A stretch of 64,000 nt of DNA, from assembly GCA_034780895.1 (NCBI GenBank), contig JAUZTB010000087.1:100366986-100430985 (forward strand). Reading direction: 5' to 3'. Both the position numbers and the translations under genes were made by a program. The notes beneath the pieces were generated by a model. It had not been told where the DNA came from. It made no database searches and worked only from the letters and a program-made list of their open reading frames with translations. Each line of letters opens with the position of its first letter. Positions within the stretch are counted from its first letter, which is position 1. Positions 37,001 to 50,560 of this stretch are shown here, piece by piece. The DNA comes from Rhynchobatus australiae (lineage: Eukaryota).

Positions 37001-40000
37001 GCCTGTTTCCATGCTGTATAACTCCATGACTAAGTTGGCAGGTCATGAAGTTGTGTGGTAAAATGAGCTGTGGGGAGGAAACAATAAGCCTCCATACACC
37101 TGTGCTGCCTAGGTTTTCACAATTTAATGAATTGTTTTGGTGTGATATGCTAGTTCTAAGGATTGTATCAACTACNNNNNNNNNNNNNNNNNNNNNNNNN
37201 NNNNNNNNNNNNNNNNNNNNNNNNNNNNNNNNNNNNNNNNNNNNNNNNNNNNNNNNNNNNNNNNNNNNNNNNNNNCTAGGTTTTCACAATTTAATGAATT
37301 GTTTTGGTGTGATATGCTAGTTCTAAGTATTGTATCAACTACAGATGGCAAACTAATTGTCTATAGTCTATTTTGTCCACTCTTGGTTTCAAGCAGTAGT
37401 GTTAAATATGATAACTAGAATCTTCAGGATTGTGCAACAATCTAGGGAAATTTTGCAAGTACCACTAATGATTCCGCTAAATCTACAGCCATCTCTTTTT
37501 AGAATCCCATGATACAGGGTATGTCATGGGGATTTGTCTAGCTTTTTTCTTAATTTCCTTGTTTTCTCCAATTAAATTAATTATTTTAAGTTCATTGTCA
37601 TGACATCTCAGTTTCTATTTCTGCTATGTGTCTTTTGCAGTATAGTTTAATGTATCAGCCATATTTTTAACCTCAATTTCTTGTTACTGTCAATGGGGAC
37701 TCCGCATATTTGCGAGCTTTTGTTTTGACATTGTTGTAGATGCTATTCTAATCATTGCCATCTTTGTAATTTTCTCATACTAGTTCATTTACCCATTACT
37801 TAGCAATGTTATTACATTTCATAAGGCATTTGTTTCAATAAAACTAACCTGAAAGCTAATTATCATCAACATAACAGGTCATGCTCAGCTAATTTAATGG
37901 AAATAAAAAGGAAATCACAAAAAATATTTCATAGTAATTTTAAGAGATTTTTAAAAAAGATCCCACACAAGGGTACAGAGATCAGAAACAGAAACCAAAG
38001 AACAATGGTTCAATTTATTGTGGATTGACAGTTAAGGTAGGGTAAAGCAAATTGAAGAATACAAAGGGACCCCATTTTGATTAATAACTTGGTCATAGAT
38101 ATAGACCGGTTTTGAAGATAAACAAAATATGTTTTCTTGGGTAACTGGACACAGACTACACAATGTGTATAAAGTGGGATAAATACACAAGCCAAAGAAA
38201 ATCTAAAATTATCAAACAGCAAGATTTACTACATGATATGCCACTACAGACATTTCCTTTGATTTACAGAAAACAGTTTAGTACATTAAAGCTCACCTTT
38301 AATGTCTGCATTGAGGCTCCTCTGAATGCAACAGGTGCCAAGAGTGTAGGTGGGAGTCCTGCTTGGGGTCCAGCTCCAGCTACAATGCTCTTATTGTTTA
38401 TAAGGAAGTTCAGCAAAGTCAATGTCTGAGGACCTGTCACTAGTACAGCTGATTCAGGCTTATGGTCCATTCGCACAAGGTTGTGTTCCTTACGACTGGA
38501 TTTTAGCATGAAGGAAAGAGTATTTCAAGTTCCAGAGTCAACAATACGAAAGTAAGTGAATAGGGTGATGACAACCTGATACTTTCATGGTTAGTGACTC
38601 AGATTAGCATTTAATTCCAAAACTTAATTACTTGAATTTAAATTCCCCAGCTGACATGGCAGGACACAAACTTCTCACAAGATCAGTGACGACAGCTAGT
38701 GCTATTCTCACAATAGCACTGGCCGCTTGCCTAGTAACAACCGCAGCACTAATATTCCCTTCAAAACTGTGAGCTGTCCATACACTAAAGGCAGAGCACA
38801 TTGACATGATTCGAGATTATACAAGGCTTTCCTATCCCTGCATTCTTCCCTCTACCTCATCACTTCTCTCTTTTCTGGCCCACTTCTTCACTTGTCCTTT
38901 GATTCTGGTCATCTCTCTCATTCTCTTTAGCTTTCATGTTACAGATAGATCTCAGTTTAAAAAAATTTCAAGAAAACAATCCCTACTTGAAAAATATCTT
39001 CTGTAAACACAGACAGTTGGAGAGGTTTGGTTGGGGGTACTACAGGTACAAAAAAATTGCAGGAAGGAGCTAGGCTTTAAAACTACAAGCCTGCTTTCTG
39101 ACTGCTGGGCTAACAAATAGCAATTGCCACTCCTCAAATCCCAAAAGCGCAAGATAATTTTGCAATGAGTACAAATATGTCCATAAAAAACTCTTACTGA
39201 ATCAAATCAACTTTGTGGGTTAAACTTTGCCTGAAAAGGTCAGCAGATAAATTATGAAAATGGTTACTGAGGTAATAAATAATGCATTAAAAGAAAGACA
39301 GCCTGTTATTTGAAAAGAACAAAGTTGGAAAACAGTGATAATCTGGGTATTGTTTTGGGATTAGGCTATGTGGATATACACAGTATAACAGTGGAGGTCA
39401 AATCATAGTAGTACTTTGTGCAATTCTTGACACAAATATCCCCTCCTCCTCCATGGCATTATTTGCCCAGGATGGCCTATCCCAAATATTTACCCATGCC
39501 ATTCTCCTGGAGCCATCTGCTGCCCCTCCAAAACACAGTGCAAATTAAGTGAATTATTATATACCAGTGCTGCAACATACTGCACAACAAATCTAATCTT
39601 AAATGTTATACAGTCAACACATTAAAACCCTTTGTGTATAATATAAAACTCCATTGTATATAATATTGATTCTTGTATTCATCAGGGATCCAACATTATT
39701 TATAGAATGAACATTGTGGTCACCACTAGTGTACTAACAGTTACAATAAAGCTGTGTCAAGGTCCTGTCCTCTTTTGGAACAGTACTAGAAAGATATTTT
39801 TAACATTTCAAATGTATTGAAGATTGATTTACAACACACCCTATTACTGCAATTTTCAGATTACCAAGGATTGAATCTGGCCATTTATCTGCTTCTGCTA
39901 ACCGTATGATTGCCTTTGTTACATTAATGGCCAAGCGATCTATTTTGCTTAAATGGAAGGATCCAATACCCCCTACTACCTTTCAATGGTTTTCTCAAAC

Positions 40001-43000
40001 TATGTCATGTTTAAACTTAGAAAAAATTAGCAGTGGTACGGTTGATCCTTCACTTAAATTTGAAGACAGTTGGAGTCCATTTATCCAATATTTTCACATG
40101 ATGTAGATCCCCCCTTCAATGACTTTTTAATTTAGAGGAACAGAGTTGAGGACATAATATTGCTCTGTTTCTATTGAGAAATTTTGGCCCAGTTTTTCTT
40201 TGTTGTTTTTTTTCTATTTTTGTTTGCTTAGTTTAGTTTACATTGTTCATGATGTTTTTTATATATTGATTTGGGGTTTCTTTTTCTTTTTTTAAATTCA
40301 TACAATAAATCTTTTTCTTTCCTTTCTTTTGTACTCTATTTATTAACTAAAAGATCGTCGGACCTTGTTTTTTTAATATTTTATTGTATGATTATCTAAG
40401 ACTTGAGTGATATGCAGATCTCTTTGTAATACATGTACGAACTTTGATGCTATACACCAATCTGTATTGATCTCTTTGTATCATGTATATAATCACTGAT
40501 GTTATATGTATTATTCTGTATTAATTTGAAAATTAATAAAAATGATTGAAGAAAAACAAGTAAAGGACCAACAACTCTGGTTAAATATAATGCAGGAAGG
40601 TTCATTGTTTGACCTTGTGCATCCAACGTCCACCCTCGCACCCACGCCTTGGTAGTCTGCCTTGTTCAACTCCTTCCCTTTTTACCGGGAGGCAGTCTGA
40701 CCCTAACAGAGATAAACAATCTAATTATGTAAGAATCACATAAACGTCTTTCTCATCTACAATAGTTTCAAAACTAGTAAAGAAAACATTCAAGGAAAAT
40801 GAAACAAAAACATTTATAAAAATGCCTCTGTTAATGTTTCCTTCCATGTTCTTGCACAGATAAGATGTTCCAAGGAGATCGCAACTAACCCAAGGTGCCC
40901 CATCCTAAGGTGAATCTCTAGCGCCGTCATGTGGCCAGGCCTGAAAATACATTGATATTCAAATAATAAATCTTACACAGCAAAGTTAATCCTATTGAAA
41001 GCTCATAAAACAAGATTGCTTCCATAAATTTAACAAGTGATAATAAAGATCTCTTTAACATTTTCAATTCTATTAAATCAATAAGTATCTTAGTAACAGA
41101 CCAGGAGTACTGAAAGCAAACAAATGTCCATTATCCCATTGCTGCAATAGAAGCAGAACAGTGGAAATATTTAGTTGGTCAGGCAGCAGGTGTGGAGGGA
41201 TAAAAGTATTAACGCTTCGGTCAATATCCTTCCTACCTTGAAAGGACCTTGGACTTGTGTTACGAACCAGCAACAAAAGAAACACACCGAGACATGTATA
41301 AGTGTTAAAAACTACTTTATTAATAACTACTTNNNNNNNNNNNNNNNNNNNNNNNNNNNNNNNNNNNNNNNNNNNNNNNNNNNNNNNNNNNNNNNNNNNN
41401 NNNNNNNNNNNNNNNNNNNNNNNNNNNNNNNNATCTGCTAAGCTGACAATGTTAACCTTTTCCCTCCTCTAGAATAGATCTCATTTATAAATTCAGAAGG
41501 TCACATGGCAAAAATGCTTCATAAAAATCAATGTAAACATAGCAATGTAATTAAAGTGACTTGCTGCATTATTCCAAAGCAACCCTGCATTTTTCCCCTA
41601 TTAACTTCATACACACAAAATTAACATGCAAGGCACAAACCATTCTATGCTACTTCTTTAGAAGCCAAAAGGGCACATTTAGAGTAGGCACTGCAATTTC
41701 TACAATACTACCTTGGACATTTTAGCTAACATTTCAGAAGGAACTAAAGAAAATGAAAATTAAACATGTGTTCCAGCTTCTGATTCACTCAAGTTGAAAG
41801 TCCTCTTCGTTCACTGTGAAACTGGACTTAAAAGGATACAGTTTAATGGAAATAGAATTAGGCTTTCTAACTTTGTCCTGTACACCCATTTCTTTCAGCC
41901 AGGATATTCCACCATCGTCGTCATCATCATCATCATCCTCTTCACTACTGCCAGCATGTTCTCTACATTTAAAAAAATGTTTTACATGCCTGTTAAACAT
42001 TCATGATGGCAGAAGATATGGAATTATAAACTTCCTTTCATAGAATTAGAAATATCCATTGTTTTTCAGTTTTCATTTCAGATTAATTTAAAAATTAAAT
42101 ATTTGTTAATGAATAGACAATTAAAAAAAGCATTTATCTGGCCAGACTCCCTATTTGCAATTGTTCAGTTTTCTGAACCTCTGCATATTTGTTTTCCCAA
42201 TTCTAGTCCTTTCATTAGATTTGTTACTTAAAATCAGTGTTCTGACTGAAGCAATTGGATAGTAGTTTTAATTTCCTAATAATTTGCATGCCAAGGTGAA
42301 AAAAAAAAGGGTTGAGAAATTATATTTGAGGTTTTGCCTCAGAAGTAACTTCTATTTTGGTTTAAAAGATTTTTGTTTGACTGCCACAAAAACAATGTTC
42401 TACACATCTTATTTGTATAATTTGTAAAATTAATACCATTTTAGTCCCATATCAATAGTTATAGCATTTATCCCTATGCCTTGGGTTCTTCAGGTGGTCT
42501 CTAAAAACAAACTCACATAGCTCTATTTGAATGGAAGCATTAAGTTCTCAGAATCACAAAACCAGCTTTTCCAAAATATCCACATGGTATTTTTCCATAA
42601 AGTAGACTTACTTCTGAACATCCAAGTTTTTCTCCTGTGTTTTAGGATCTGGAATGAGTGTTCCCAAATCTGTTGTTTCACTTTTTTTTGTCTTTCCATT
42701 TCTACTATCTTCCAGTAAGGGCAAGGAAAATGTGATCCCTGTGCAAAGATAAAGCTGTCATAACCAAAAATATACCCTCTTTTAATATCAAAGAGGAGAA
42801 TCCAATAAAGGTGTCACTTTTTTTTGATAGAATATCATGTTCTGTATCATGATATAACTAGAACACCAATAAGATACAAATGGATTTATGATCCAGTTGT
42901 ATGAGGAGGTCTAAAGAAACATTATAAATGAATACTAGGACTGTTTAAAACAAAAATCATCTTGTACATTGAGATGCAAAGTACTTTAGAATTTTTTTTA

Positions 43001-46000
43001 AAACATGAGATAGGTCTAGGTCACTAGAAGTCAACTAGTCAGGATTTGNNNNNNNNNNNNNNNNNNNNNNNNNNNNNNNNNNNNNNNNNNNNNNNNNNNN
43101 NNNNNNNNNNNNNNNNNNNNNNNNNNNNNNNNNNNNNNNNNNNNNNNNCAGGATTTGACCTGAGAGGGTTAATCATCCCTGGCCCCACCAACTGCCATCA
43201 TTGCATATTAAGTTTTAAAATGTATGAAGTGTCTTACCTTCATCTTTCATAGCTTCTCTGAGACCTCTTGTTGTAGGGGAAATAACAGCAGTAAGGACAT
43301 CACTTCCTGCTATTCCAGCTGCTCGGAAAAGCACAGTGAATTGATATGTGCAGAAGTAGAAATATGGGCAAAGTTTGGCTCGCAGTAAATTATACAATGA
43401 ACTAAAGCTGAGTGACCTGGAAAAAGTGAAAAAAGTAGTCACTTGAAGTGAATGTATTGTTGCATTTCATGATAATCTTGTCTGCTGAAGGCACTAACAT
43501 CGAATTCAGATTTTCTAGGAGTTGGATCTGTATAGCATTATTTTGAAAGACAATTAATCAAACACAAGCTTTACATCAGCAGTGCTGTTCTGTAGTTATC
43601 CACAACAGTCAATTCGGAAAAATTTTACAAGATCCAAATAATCTGTTTTGTTGATGTTGAAAGAATGATGTTGATGAGGATAGGAGAATTTTTATCTCAA
43701 GTCATGGGTCTGGACAAACAGGCAGATGCAGTCATGTTTAAACCTTACTAAAAAAGCGTTATAAAAATCTTGCACTTCTTCAGTACTGAAGACAATGCCT
43801 ATTCACCATTGAAATCTACAATTTCTAAGAGATACACAAGAGACTGCTGATGCCGGAATCTGGAGCAACACAAGATGCTGCAGGAACTCAGCAGGTTATG
43901 AGGCCATTTGATCTATTCAGCTCTTTTCTTTTGTAAAACTGAGCAATATTGCTTTTTTGAACCCTAGATCATAAATTTAAAGGCCATTTTGCAAGTTTGT
44001 CCTATCTTGCACTTGAAATGTGTTAACAAGCTTTAGCCCAAATCATAACTTGCAAATTCATGGTAAAATAATTATTTGCATCTTAATCCTTGGTCAATTG
44101 AATTTGTTTTTTCTTTTAAAAATAGTGAACACAAAGCAAGCAACATACCATTCACTCATTAGCACTTGTTGGAGTTCTTCATCTTGTGCCCATGGATTAT
44201 TCTTGCCAGCCATTTTCCGTTCTGCACCTATACGAGGGAAAAGTGACAGCCATGGCAGGGAGGGGTGAAGCCAGTATACAAGATTCTGCTGGAAGGCACA
44301 GCGCAAATCTGTGCATGATCTTGGGTCCTATATAAAAGGAAAATATTTTGCACTGTCATTGAAAAATTAGAACTTGCTCAACATTAGACTTATTTAAGAC
44401 AACTTCAGGAATCTGTGGAACACATTTGAACTTTGCTCCTTTAGACTAACCCAATGCATCAATATGTTGTTCTGTCTATTTCTTACTCCTCTAATCTTTT
44501 TAATCCTTCCTTTTTAAAGCAAAGATCAGTTCAGCATCTGCCACCCCCTCCCACACTTTAATCTTCTGAAGTGATTAATTGCCTACNNNNNNNNNNNNNN
44601 NNNNNNNNNNNNNNNNNNNNNNNNNNNNNNNNNNNNNNNNNNNNNNNNNNNNNNNNNNNNNNNNNNNNNNNNNNNNNNNNNNNNNNGTGATTAATTGCCT
44701 ACAAAGACAATGTTGGCAAAACTATCTTAAATTTACATGAAATATCACAAAAAGCAATTTGATTTCCCACTATTAAAATCTGCCCATCCTCTGCACTGAA
44801 GAAAAAAAGACCCAATGAGGTTCAAACTGAATGTCAAATTTTGATCAATTAATTTAAATGCATCTTTAATAATTCCAATTTTATTGTAGCAAAATGCATG
44901 AGGATATGATTAAAGATAATTTAGTACCTCTATGTGCAAAGGAAAATCAACTACTGAGGAACGACAGTGTTGAATTAATCCTTTGGCTTCTTCTGATGCT
45001 TTAAGTTGACCTGTCCAAGTAAAAGGGTGAGGGGATGTGAACAGAACCCACGTTTTGACACTCCAGTCAGCAGGGAAGCTTTCAGGTAAAGAAGTGCATT
45101 CAGGTAGTGCTCTAGAGTCCTGCAAATTCTGCAAAAACAAAATCACAAGAAAAATTACTGGGGTTTGCCAAAAAGCCTTCGTTAAAAATGCAAGTTCTCC
45201 CTAATATATACCTTTTTCACTCGAGAAGAGTGGGTTTGATGGGCAGCACAACATGGTGGGCCGAAGAATACATGTTCTTAGTACATGTATTGTTCTATGG
45301 TTCTAAGATTTATTGAGCCAAATATCACAGAAAAAAATCATTCCAAGCTACTAACAATACCAGTTACATCAAATGATCCCACTAAAAGGAGAACCAATGA
45401 GATTACTGTATTGAATTTTATTCAGAAACAATTGTCCTCTAATTTTTCTCCACTGATTACTGGCAACAGATCACAGACCTAATTAGCAATCCAATCCCAG
45501 TTGGCTTAATAAAACAAAAATACAGAAGCACATAAGTCAGAAGATTTGAAGTTAAATTCCTAAATTTGTGCCAAATTAACTAGCTGTCAGGGTGCAACAA
45601 TTAGTCTTGGCTCCATAGAAAATGAAAAGGAAAGCATGCCTAGTACAGTATTGGTAACCCTGATTTACTATCCTGTAAATTGTACTGGAAAATGCAAGCA
45701 TGGGTAGGAATTTTTTTTTCCTGCTGTTACAATGTCAATATTTAATAAAGTTTCTGACACTCAAGGTCTTAGCTAATAGTAGGAGTGAAGCTGTCATCCT
45801 TCTAATGATTATCCACTTCAGTCAGTATTGAGAGAAAGGCCAGTTATAATATAATGGAGTTTTGTGTGTGTCAGTTTCTCTGCAGCATTAATAAAGTAAT
45901 GTTACCTGTGTTACTAAACTCTTCCTTCCCATTTAGCTGTAAATTGTTCACTACCTTCACAACTAGATTTAATAGGACTGCAGAGTTTCAATCTGATCAG

Positions 46001-49000
46001 CTGGTTGTGCAATCATTTCACTATCTATTGCACAAGCTTTGTATGCATATAGTTCTTTGAAGCAGCTTCATTAGGTTGGCACCTCATTTTTAGGTATGCC
46101 TGTTGCTGTTATCTTCTGCACTCATCATTGAGCCAAGGTTCATAATAATGGAAGACCACAGGATATGCTGGGCTACGAATCAGAATTATTATCACAGACT
46201 TATATGGCATGAAATTTGTTTATATGTAAATTTATGCTGCTGGTTTACAGTACTTCATGGATGCCAACTTTTAAGCTACAAGATTTTTTCCAAGGCCCAT
46301 TTCGCACAATTGCAATGCCAAACAATCTAATGGAGAGCATTCCTCACTATGAAGCCTGGATTTTTGTTTCTACAAGGACAGTGCAATGGTCACTTTTACC
46401 AATGCTATCATGTTTAGATGCATCTGCCACATGTGCGATGGCAAAGATAAACAAGGGTTTATCTCGTCACAACTTGCTCACTATTACTGCCAGACTGGAT
46501 CTGCAGGTGTCCTTAATGACTTGTCCAGCTCCGTCAATACTGATGCTACCCAGCCATTCTTGTCAATGGACGTTGAATTTCTTTACCCAGAGTACGTTAC
46601 GTAACATTGCTACTGTGTGTTTCTTCTTAGTGTTGTTCAATGTGGAAGAGCACTAATTCATCATCTAAAAGGAGGATAAGTAGTGGTAAGGAGATTTACT
46701 TGCATATTTGACTAGATGTCACAAAATTTGATAGGTTCTCGTGTCAAAGTTGAGAACTCTGAGGGATTCTCCTTCCCACTTGTATTATCATTTCTCCCCA
46801 CTACCATTGGCAGGTCTATTCTGTACCCAAGGACTGTAAAGGGGGGAGTGTGGCACATTACCTGTGGGTACAATTCTATAATCAGGCTGTTGCTTGATTA
46901 GACTGTGGGATAGCTCTCCCAATTTAGACACCAGACAGTAAAACTGAAACCATTGATCATCAAGGGGAAAACACCAGTTGTGGGGGTAAAACTCCAATAA
47001 TCCACATGTTCAGGACTCAAGTGGTGCCAAAGAACAGATTTTCCAGACCACTATGTTATTTCTATTAGTATCCCAACAGACATTTGATTCACCTCTCTTT
47101 GATGTTACACTTTTTTTAAAATTCTGGTAACTGGTTACAAAGCAGCAAAGGGAAAATCATGTGGTGGACAAATATTTCACCAGCTATGTTTTCTTGAGGA
47201 CTGGTCATTCTTTGCATGACTAGGTACTGAATTATAGTTCAGGTCAACTCCACAGTAGACTGTGTCTTGTCCCTGCCCAACACTCAAACCCAATTTCCCA
47301 GGACCCTTAACGTGTTGCATTTCTCAGTTATAACCTCTGGATTCTAAAGCAGCGTGCTTACATTTGTGATCCCAAAAGCAGAACGAGAAAAGACATGCAA
47401 TTAAAAACACCAAACACTCTTGACTATTTATGCAAGTCTTCCTTAATTTTGATACTGCATCACGTGCCTTGGCATCCCACTTGTTCGCACTTTTTAGGTG
47501 TCTTAGGCAAACTATTAAGTTATTTATTTCCATTTGCTAATATGGTGGTGAAAAATGAAATCATATACATTCGTACTTCTGCCTTTAGCTAATTTAAAAA
47601 AAATGTACTGGTATACAAAAGCTTACTTTAACTGGCACAGGAAATGGTAGTACTTGGGAAATAAACTTTGCTTCCAAAATGGAATCTTCATCTCCTAAAG
47701 GCAGCACCTATTTATAGAGAATAAATATAAACATTTAAATAAAATCTTAACATTAAAAAATACACAACTGTATGCTAAACTCTATTGGTCAGCTAAAGAA
47801 ATTACCCAAGCCTAGCTTGGATCTATGGGCAAATTCATGGGTTTTCCATGTTACTGGCTCCAAAGTGACTGTCAAATTATTAACCACAATTCAGAGCTTC
47901 ATTTTAACTCAACACACACAAGAGACTGCAGATGCTGGAATCTGGGGGCAACAAACAATTTGCTGAAGGAACTCAGCAGGTCAATCAGCATTTGTGGGAG
48001 GAAAGAAATTGTTAATGCATTTTAACTACCTAGATTTGCTGCATGCATGTGTGGCTATAGTATTATATAAAATTTCCATGCAGAATTGTTTCAGTTTTTC
48101 AGATGGGGAAAATATCTGGATTACCATTAATTCATAACTTGGGTATGAATTTGATAAGCAACAAAAAGTGGCAATGATAGTGTTAACTTAAAACTGAAAC
48201 ATGCAAATCTTCTCAGAAACGGGTGTACATTGGCAAATTGAAGTGATAAATCCTGAGCTCCTTGAGCATGTAATTCAGGCTAACATTCCAAATAGTTAAT
48301 CTTTAACCATACAGAAATATCATCCTTCAGATGAGATGTTAAAATGTCTACATTTACAGGTGGATGTAAAAGATCCCAGGGCAAAATTTCTAGGGGGAAG
48401 GGAAGTGCAACATAAAGCCCTGACCAATATTTATTCTTCAACTAATACCACTAAAAGCAGTTTATCTAGTCACAAACTCATTGCTCGCGGCACCATGCTG
48501 CGTGCAGACAGATATCTTTACCTACAGTGTGACTTGGTACATTTCAAAAGCCTTCAACCTAAAATATTAACTGCTTCTTTCACCAGGGTTGCTGCAAACT
48601 GCAGAACATTTTTCATTTCATAACTTCCATTTACTTAACAGATGTTCTAAGTGGACTTGAAACCAATGAAGTATTTTTGAAGTAAAGAGACAGATTTTTC
48701 TCCCCCTCTCGTGCAAGGAATGCCATTAGACTATTGATTTTGTGATTGCCCACCTACAATGATTTCTGGTTATAAACAAGCAATTTTAGATCTCATCCTT
48801 GTTTTCATAAACTTCCATGGTCTCACTTTCCCTACCTATCTCTAAGCCCTACAGTACTAAAATATCTACACTGCTCCAGTTATGGACTTTGATTATTCTC
48901 AATCTTAAAAATCACTCTAGTATCAATCACCATAAATGGCAAAACCCAAAGTTTAGGAGTTGCAATCCTTAACCCCTCTGCTTTTTCCTTCAAGCCATCT

Positions 49001-50560
49001 CTTAAAGCCTATCTTTCAAAAGGCTGTTTGATCATCTGTCTTAATGTCTTCTATCAGACAGTTTCAAATTTTGTTTGGTAACACTCCAGCGAAACATCTT
49101 GTGACTTTACAAATACAGGTTAATTAGCTGTCAACCTCTGAGCATCATTGTATCACTCCAAACCATTCAGCATTAGTTAATTCTTCCAATATGCATTGCA
49201 GTTCTCAGTTTAGAGTGCTTTATTAGCTTTCAAAGTAGTTTTCTAACAACTTTCATGTCCCATCTTAAGTATTCCATTCAGCAAGCACTTAAATTACCAG
49301 ATACAAATACATTTTTAAATCTGAAAATGACAAAACAATAATAAAAATGGGATTAATGTATGATTAGTGTAAGTGAATGCTTGATGGTCAGAATGGACTC
49401 GGCGAGCTGAAGGGCTGTTTCAATGCTGTACATCTTCACTGCTCTAATTACTTTAGAAAGTATATCATTAGCTGCAAAATACTTTGGAAAATACTAAAGG
49501 AGGAAGATATGTTATCAGGAGACAATCAATTCCGCAAATGCTGGAATCTGGAGCAATACACAAAAAGTGCTGGAGGAACTCAGCAGGTCGCATCCATGGA
49601 GGGAAATAAACTGTTTTTGAAACAGGAACATGAACTGTGGATAGATTGGAACCAGTAGATGCACTATACTTAAATTTCTATTTCCAGCATCCTGCAGGCT
49701 TTTTATCTATAGGGACCTTTCACGTCTCTTTCAGAGCATTTCAAAGCCCCTTCCTGCCAAACCACATTTGACGTGTAGTCACTATATTAATGTAGAAAAA
49801 GTGAAGAAAATACACATGAAACTCCTACAGATACAAAATACCACCTGATAGTTTACTTTAGGCGATTGCAAGTTCGTGGATAACACAGTCCAAACCACCG
49901 TGGTTAATTTCCCTCCTTTGGATGAAACATAGCCACGAAATCTTTGGCGCATCCCCGAGAGAAGGGCTTAGATACTGCAGCATTCCCTCAATAAATGAAA
50001 ATAATAGAAAGCTACTGGAAGTCTGAAATAAAAACAGAAATGATTGAAACACGCAGTAGTTCAAGCTTCTGTGGAAAGAGAAGCAGAGTTAATGTTTCTT
50101 GTCGAAGACCCTTCGTCTTCCCACAGATGCTCCAAACATTTGAGCATGACCAGCACCTTCTGCGTTTAGTTCAGCCCTCCCTAAGTGCTGCTCTGGAAAT
50201 TTAGACTTTAGAGGGAAAACACTGTTTGACACTGACAACGAAGGGGTTTGAAAGGTGTACCTGAGGAGCCCCTTTGCTCAACCGCGTCTCCTCGGCAGGC
50301 CGTCCGCCCCCAGGGCCCGCACTCTCGGCCGGCAGCCCGCAGGTGTTGGCGATGTCGGCGAACGGGTTCCTCCGGCACTTCTTGCGCCGGTGCTGCTGAC
50401 CGGGTCCGCCGTGCTCGGCCTTCTCAACGGGGGAAGGTGGTAGCGGCGGCTCCGTGGGAAGCCGGCCGGCCACACTGCGACCCCGCTTCCTCCGCAGCCT
50501 CAGAACCTCGGCGGGCTTCTTAAAGCTGGGTGAGTAGCCGGCTACTTGCTCGGCCGACAT
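33914..50560 (-). CDS. DONSON: DONSON (downstream neighbor of SON), replisome/CMG assembly factor; complete 10-exon CDS, 579 aa
   Basis: complement(join(33914-34051,35142-35354,38297-38495,41840-41962,42612-42738,43238-43416,44149-44327,44928-45128,47627-47707,50261-50560)) = 1740 nt open frame. Motifs: [86 protein letters not shown]. Syntenic with SON. Confidence 0.97.
34610..34882 (-). mobile_element. tRNA-derived V-SINE (HE1-like)
   Basis: Reverse strand: ggtggcgtggtg..gttagtgctgctgcc..cctgggtttgatcctgacc (A/B boxes), then a V-domain-like ctgtctgtgcagattttgca. Confidence 0.7.
35142..35354 (-). CDS. DONSON: DONSON exon 9
   Basis: ARSINIRTQ...[16 protein letters not shown]...HEPTSVFN...EGK; 213 nt; AAG|GTAAAG donor. 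Confidence 0.95.
36340..37030 (+). mobile_element. CR1 LINE 3' portion
   Basis: [36 protein letters not shown]; CR1 tail gggccaaagggcctgtttccatgctgtataactc. Confidence 0.88.
38297..38495 (-). CDS. DONSON: DONSON exon 8
   Basis: [15 protein letters not shown]...[25 protein letters not shown]; 199 nt; AAG|GTGAGC donor. Confidence 0.95.
38496..41839 (-). other. DONSON: U12-type (minor spliceosome) GT-AG intron, DONSON intron 7
   Basis: 5' splice site GTATCCTTT (perfect U11 consensus); branch-like TTTCCTTCAT at 38517-38508, about 13 nt upstream of CAG; no long polypyrimidine tract between branch and acceptor. Confidence 0.88.
39765..40556 (+). mobile_element. L1-clade LINE 3' end (ORF2 C-terminus, T-rich 3' UTR, AATAAA and A-rich tail)
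   Basis: [53 protein letters not shown] is typical of fish L1 ORF2 ends; attaataaaaatgattgaagaaaaa terminus. Confidence 0.82.
41840..41962 (-). CDS. DONSON: DONSON exon 7 (acidic tract, [15 protein letters not shown])
   Basis: 123 nt; ends at the U12 donor CT|GTATCCTTTT. Confidence 0.93.
41914..41937 (-). repeat. (GAY)8 poly-Asp coding tract in DONSON exon 7
   Basis: atcgtcgtcatcatcatcatcatc on the + strand. Confidence 0.85.
42612..42738 (-). CDS. DONSON: DONSON exon 6
   Basis: [15 protein letters not shown]...LDVQK; 127 nt, phase 1/2; AA|GTAAGT donor. Confidence 0.9.
43238..43416 (-). CDS. DONSON: DONSON exon 5
   Basis: [20 protein letters not shown]...REAMKDEG; 179 nt; G|GTAAGA donor. 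Confidence 0.95.
44149..44327 (-). CDS. DONSON: DONSON exon 4
   Basis: [22 protein letters not shown]...VLMSEW; 179 nt; TG|GTATGT donor. Confidence 0.95.
44928..45128 (-). CDS. DONSON: DONSON exon 3
   Basis: NLQDSRA...[21 protein letters not shown]...HIE; 201 nt; an alternative in-frame acceptor lies 9 nt downstream. Confidence 0.92.
46050..46935 (-). mobile_element. Decayed 5' part of the same LINE family as 16975-20790
   Basis: Shared segments caggctgttgcttga..tgggatagctctcccaattt, gttgagaactc and agccattcttgtcaatggacgttgaa. Confidence 0.7.
47627..47707 (-). CDS. DONSON: DONSON exon 2 ([27 protein letters not shown])
   Basis: 81 nt, phase 0/0, tAG acceptor and AAA|GTAAGC donor, no stops; poorly conserved region, so called on splice signals, size and position. 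Confidence 0.8.
50261..50560 (-). CDS. DONSON: DONSON exon 1
   Basis: [26 protein letters not shown]...RRNPF...GAPQ; CAG|GTACAC donor; lies in the CpG island. Confidence 0.93.

Noticed and set aside
37109-37342. Direct repeats flanking 100-N gaps (also 10685-10836, 20536-20698, 44571-44702, 43040-43157, 22015-22126)
   Set aside because: Near-identical sequence on both sides of fixed-length gaps is the signature of unmerged contig overlaps, not TSDs, tandem repeats or CRISPR repeats.
38698-38720. 9-bp hairpin AGTGCTATT-ctcac-AATAGCACT
   Set aside because: Short, AT-rich and within a decayed SINE head; plausible by chance in 64 kb.
40560-40705. Acceptor-like ttAG on the - strand inside DONSON intron 7, followed by GC-richer sequence
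   Set aside because: No good matching donor, and exons 7 and 8 already join in frame through U12 signals.
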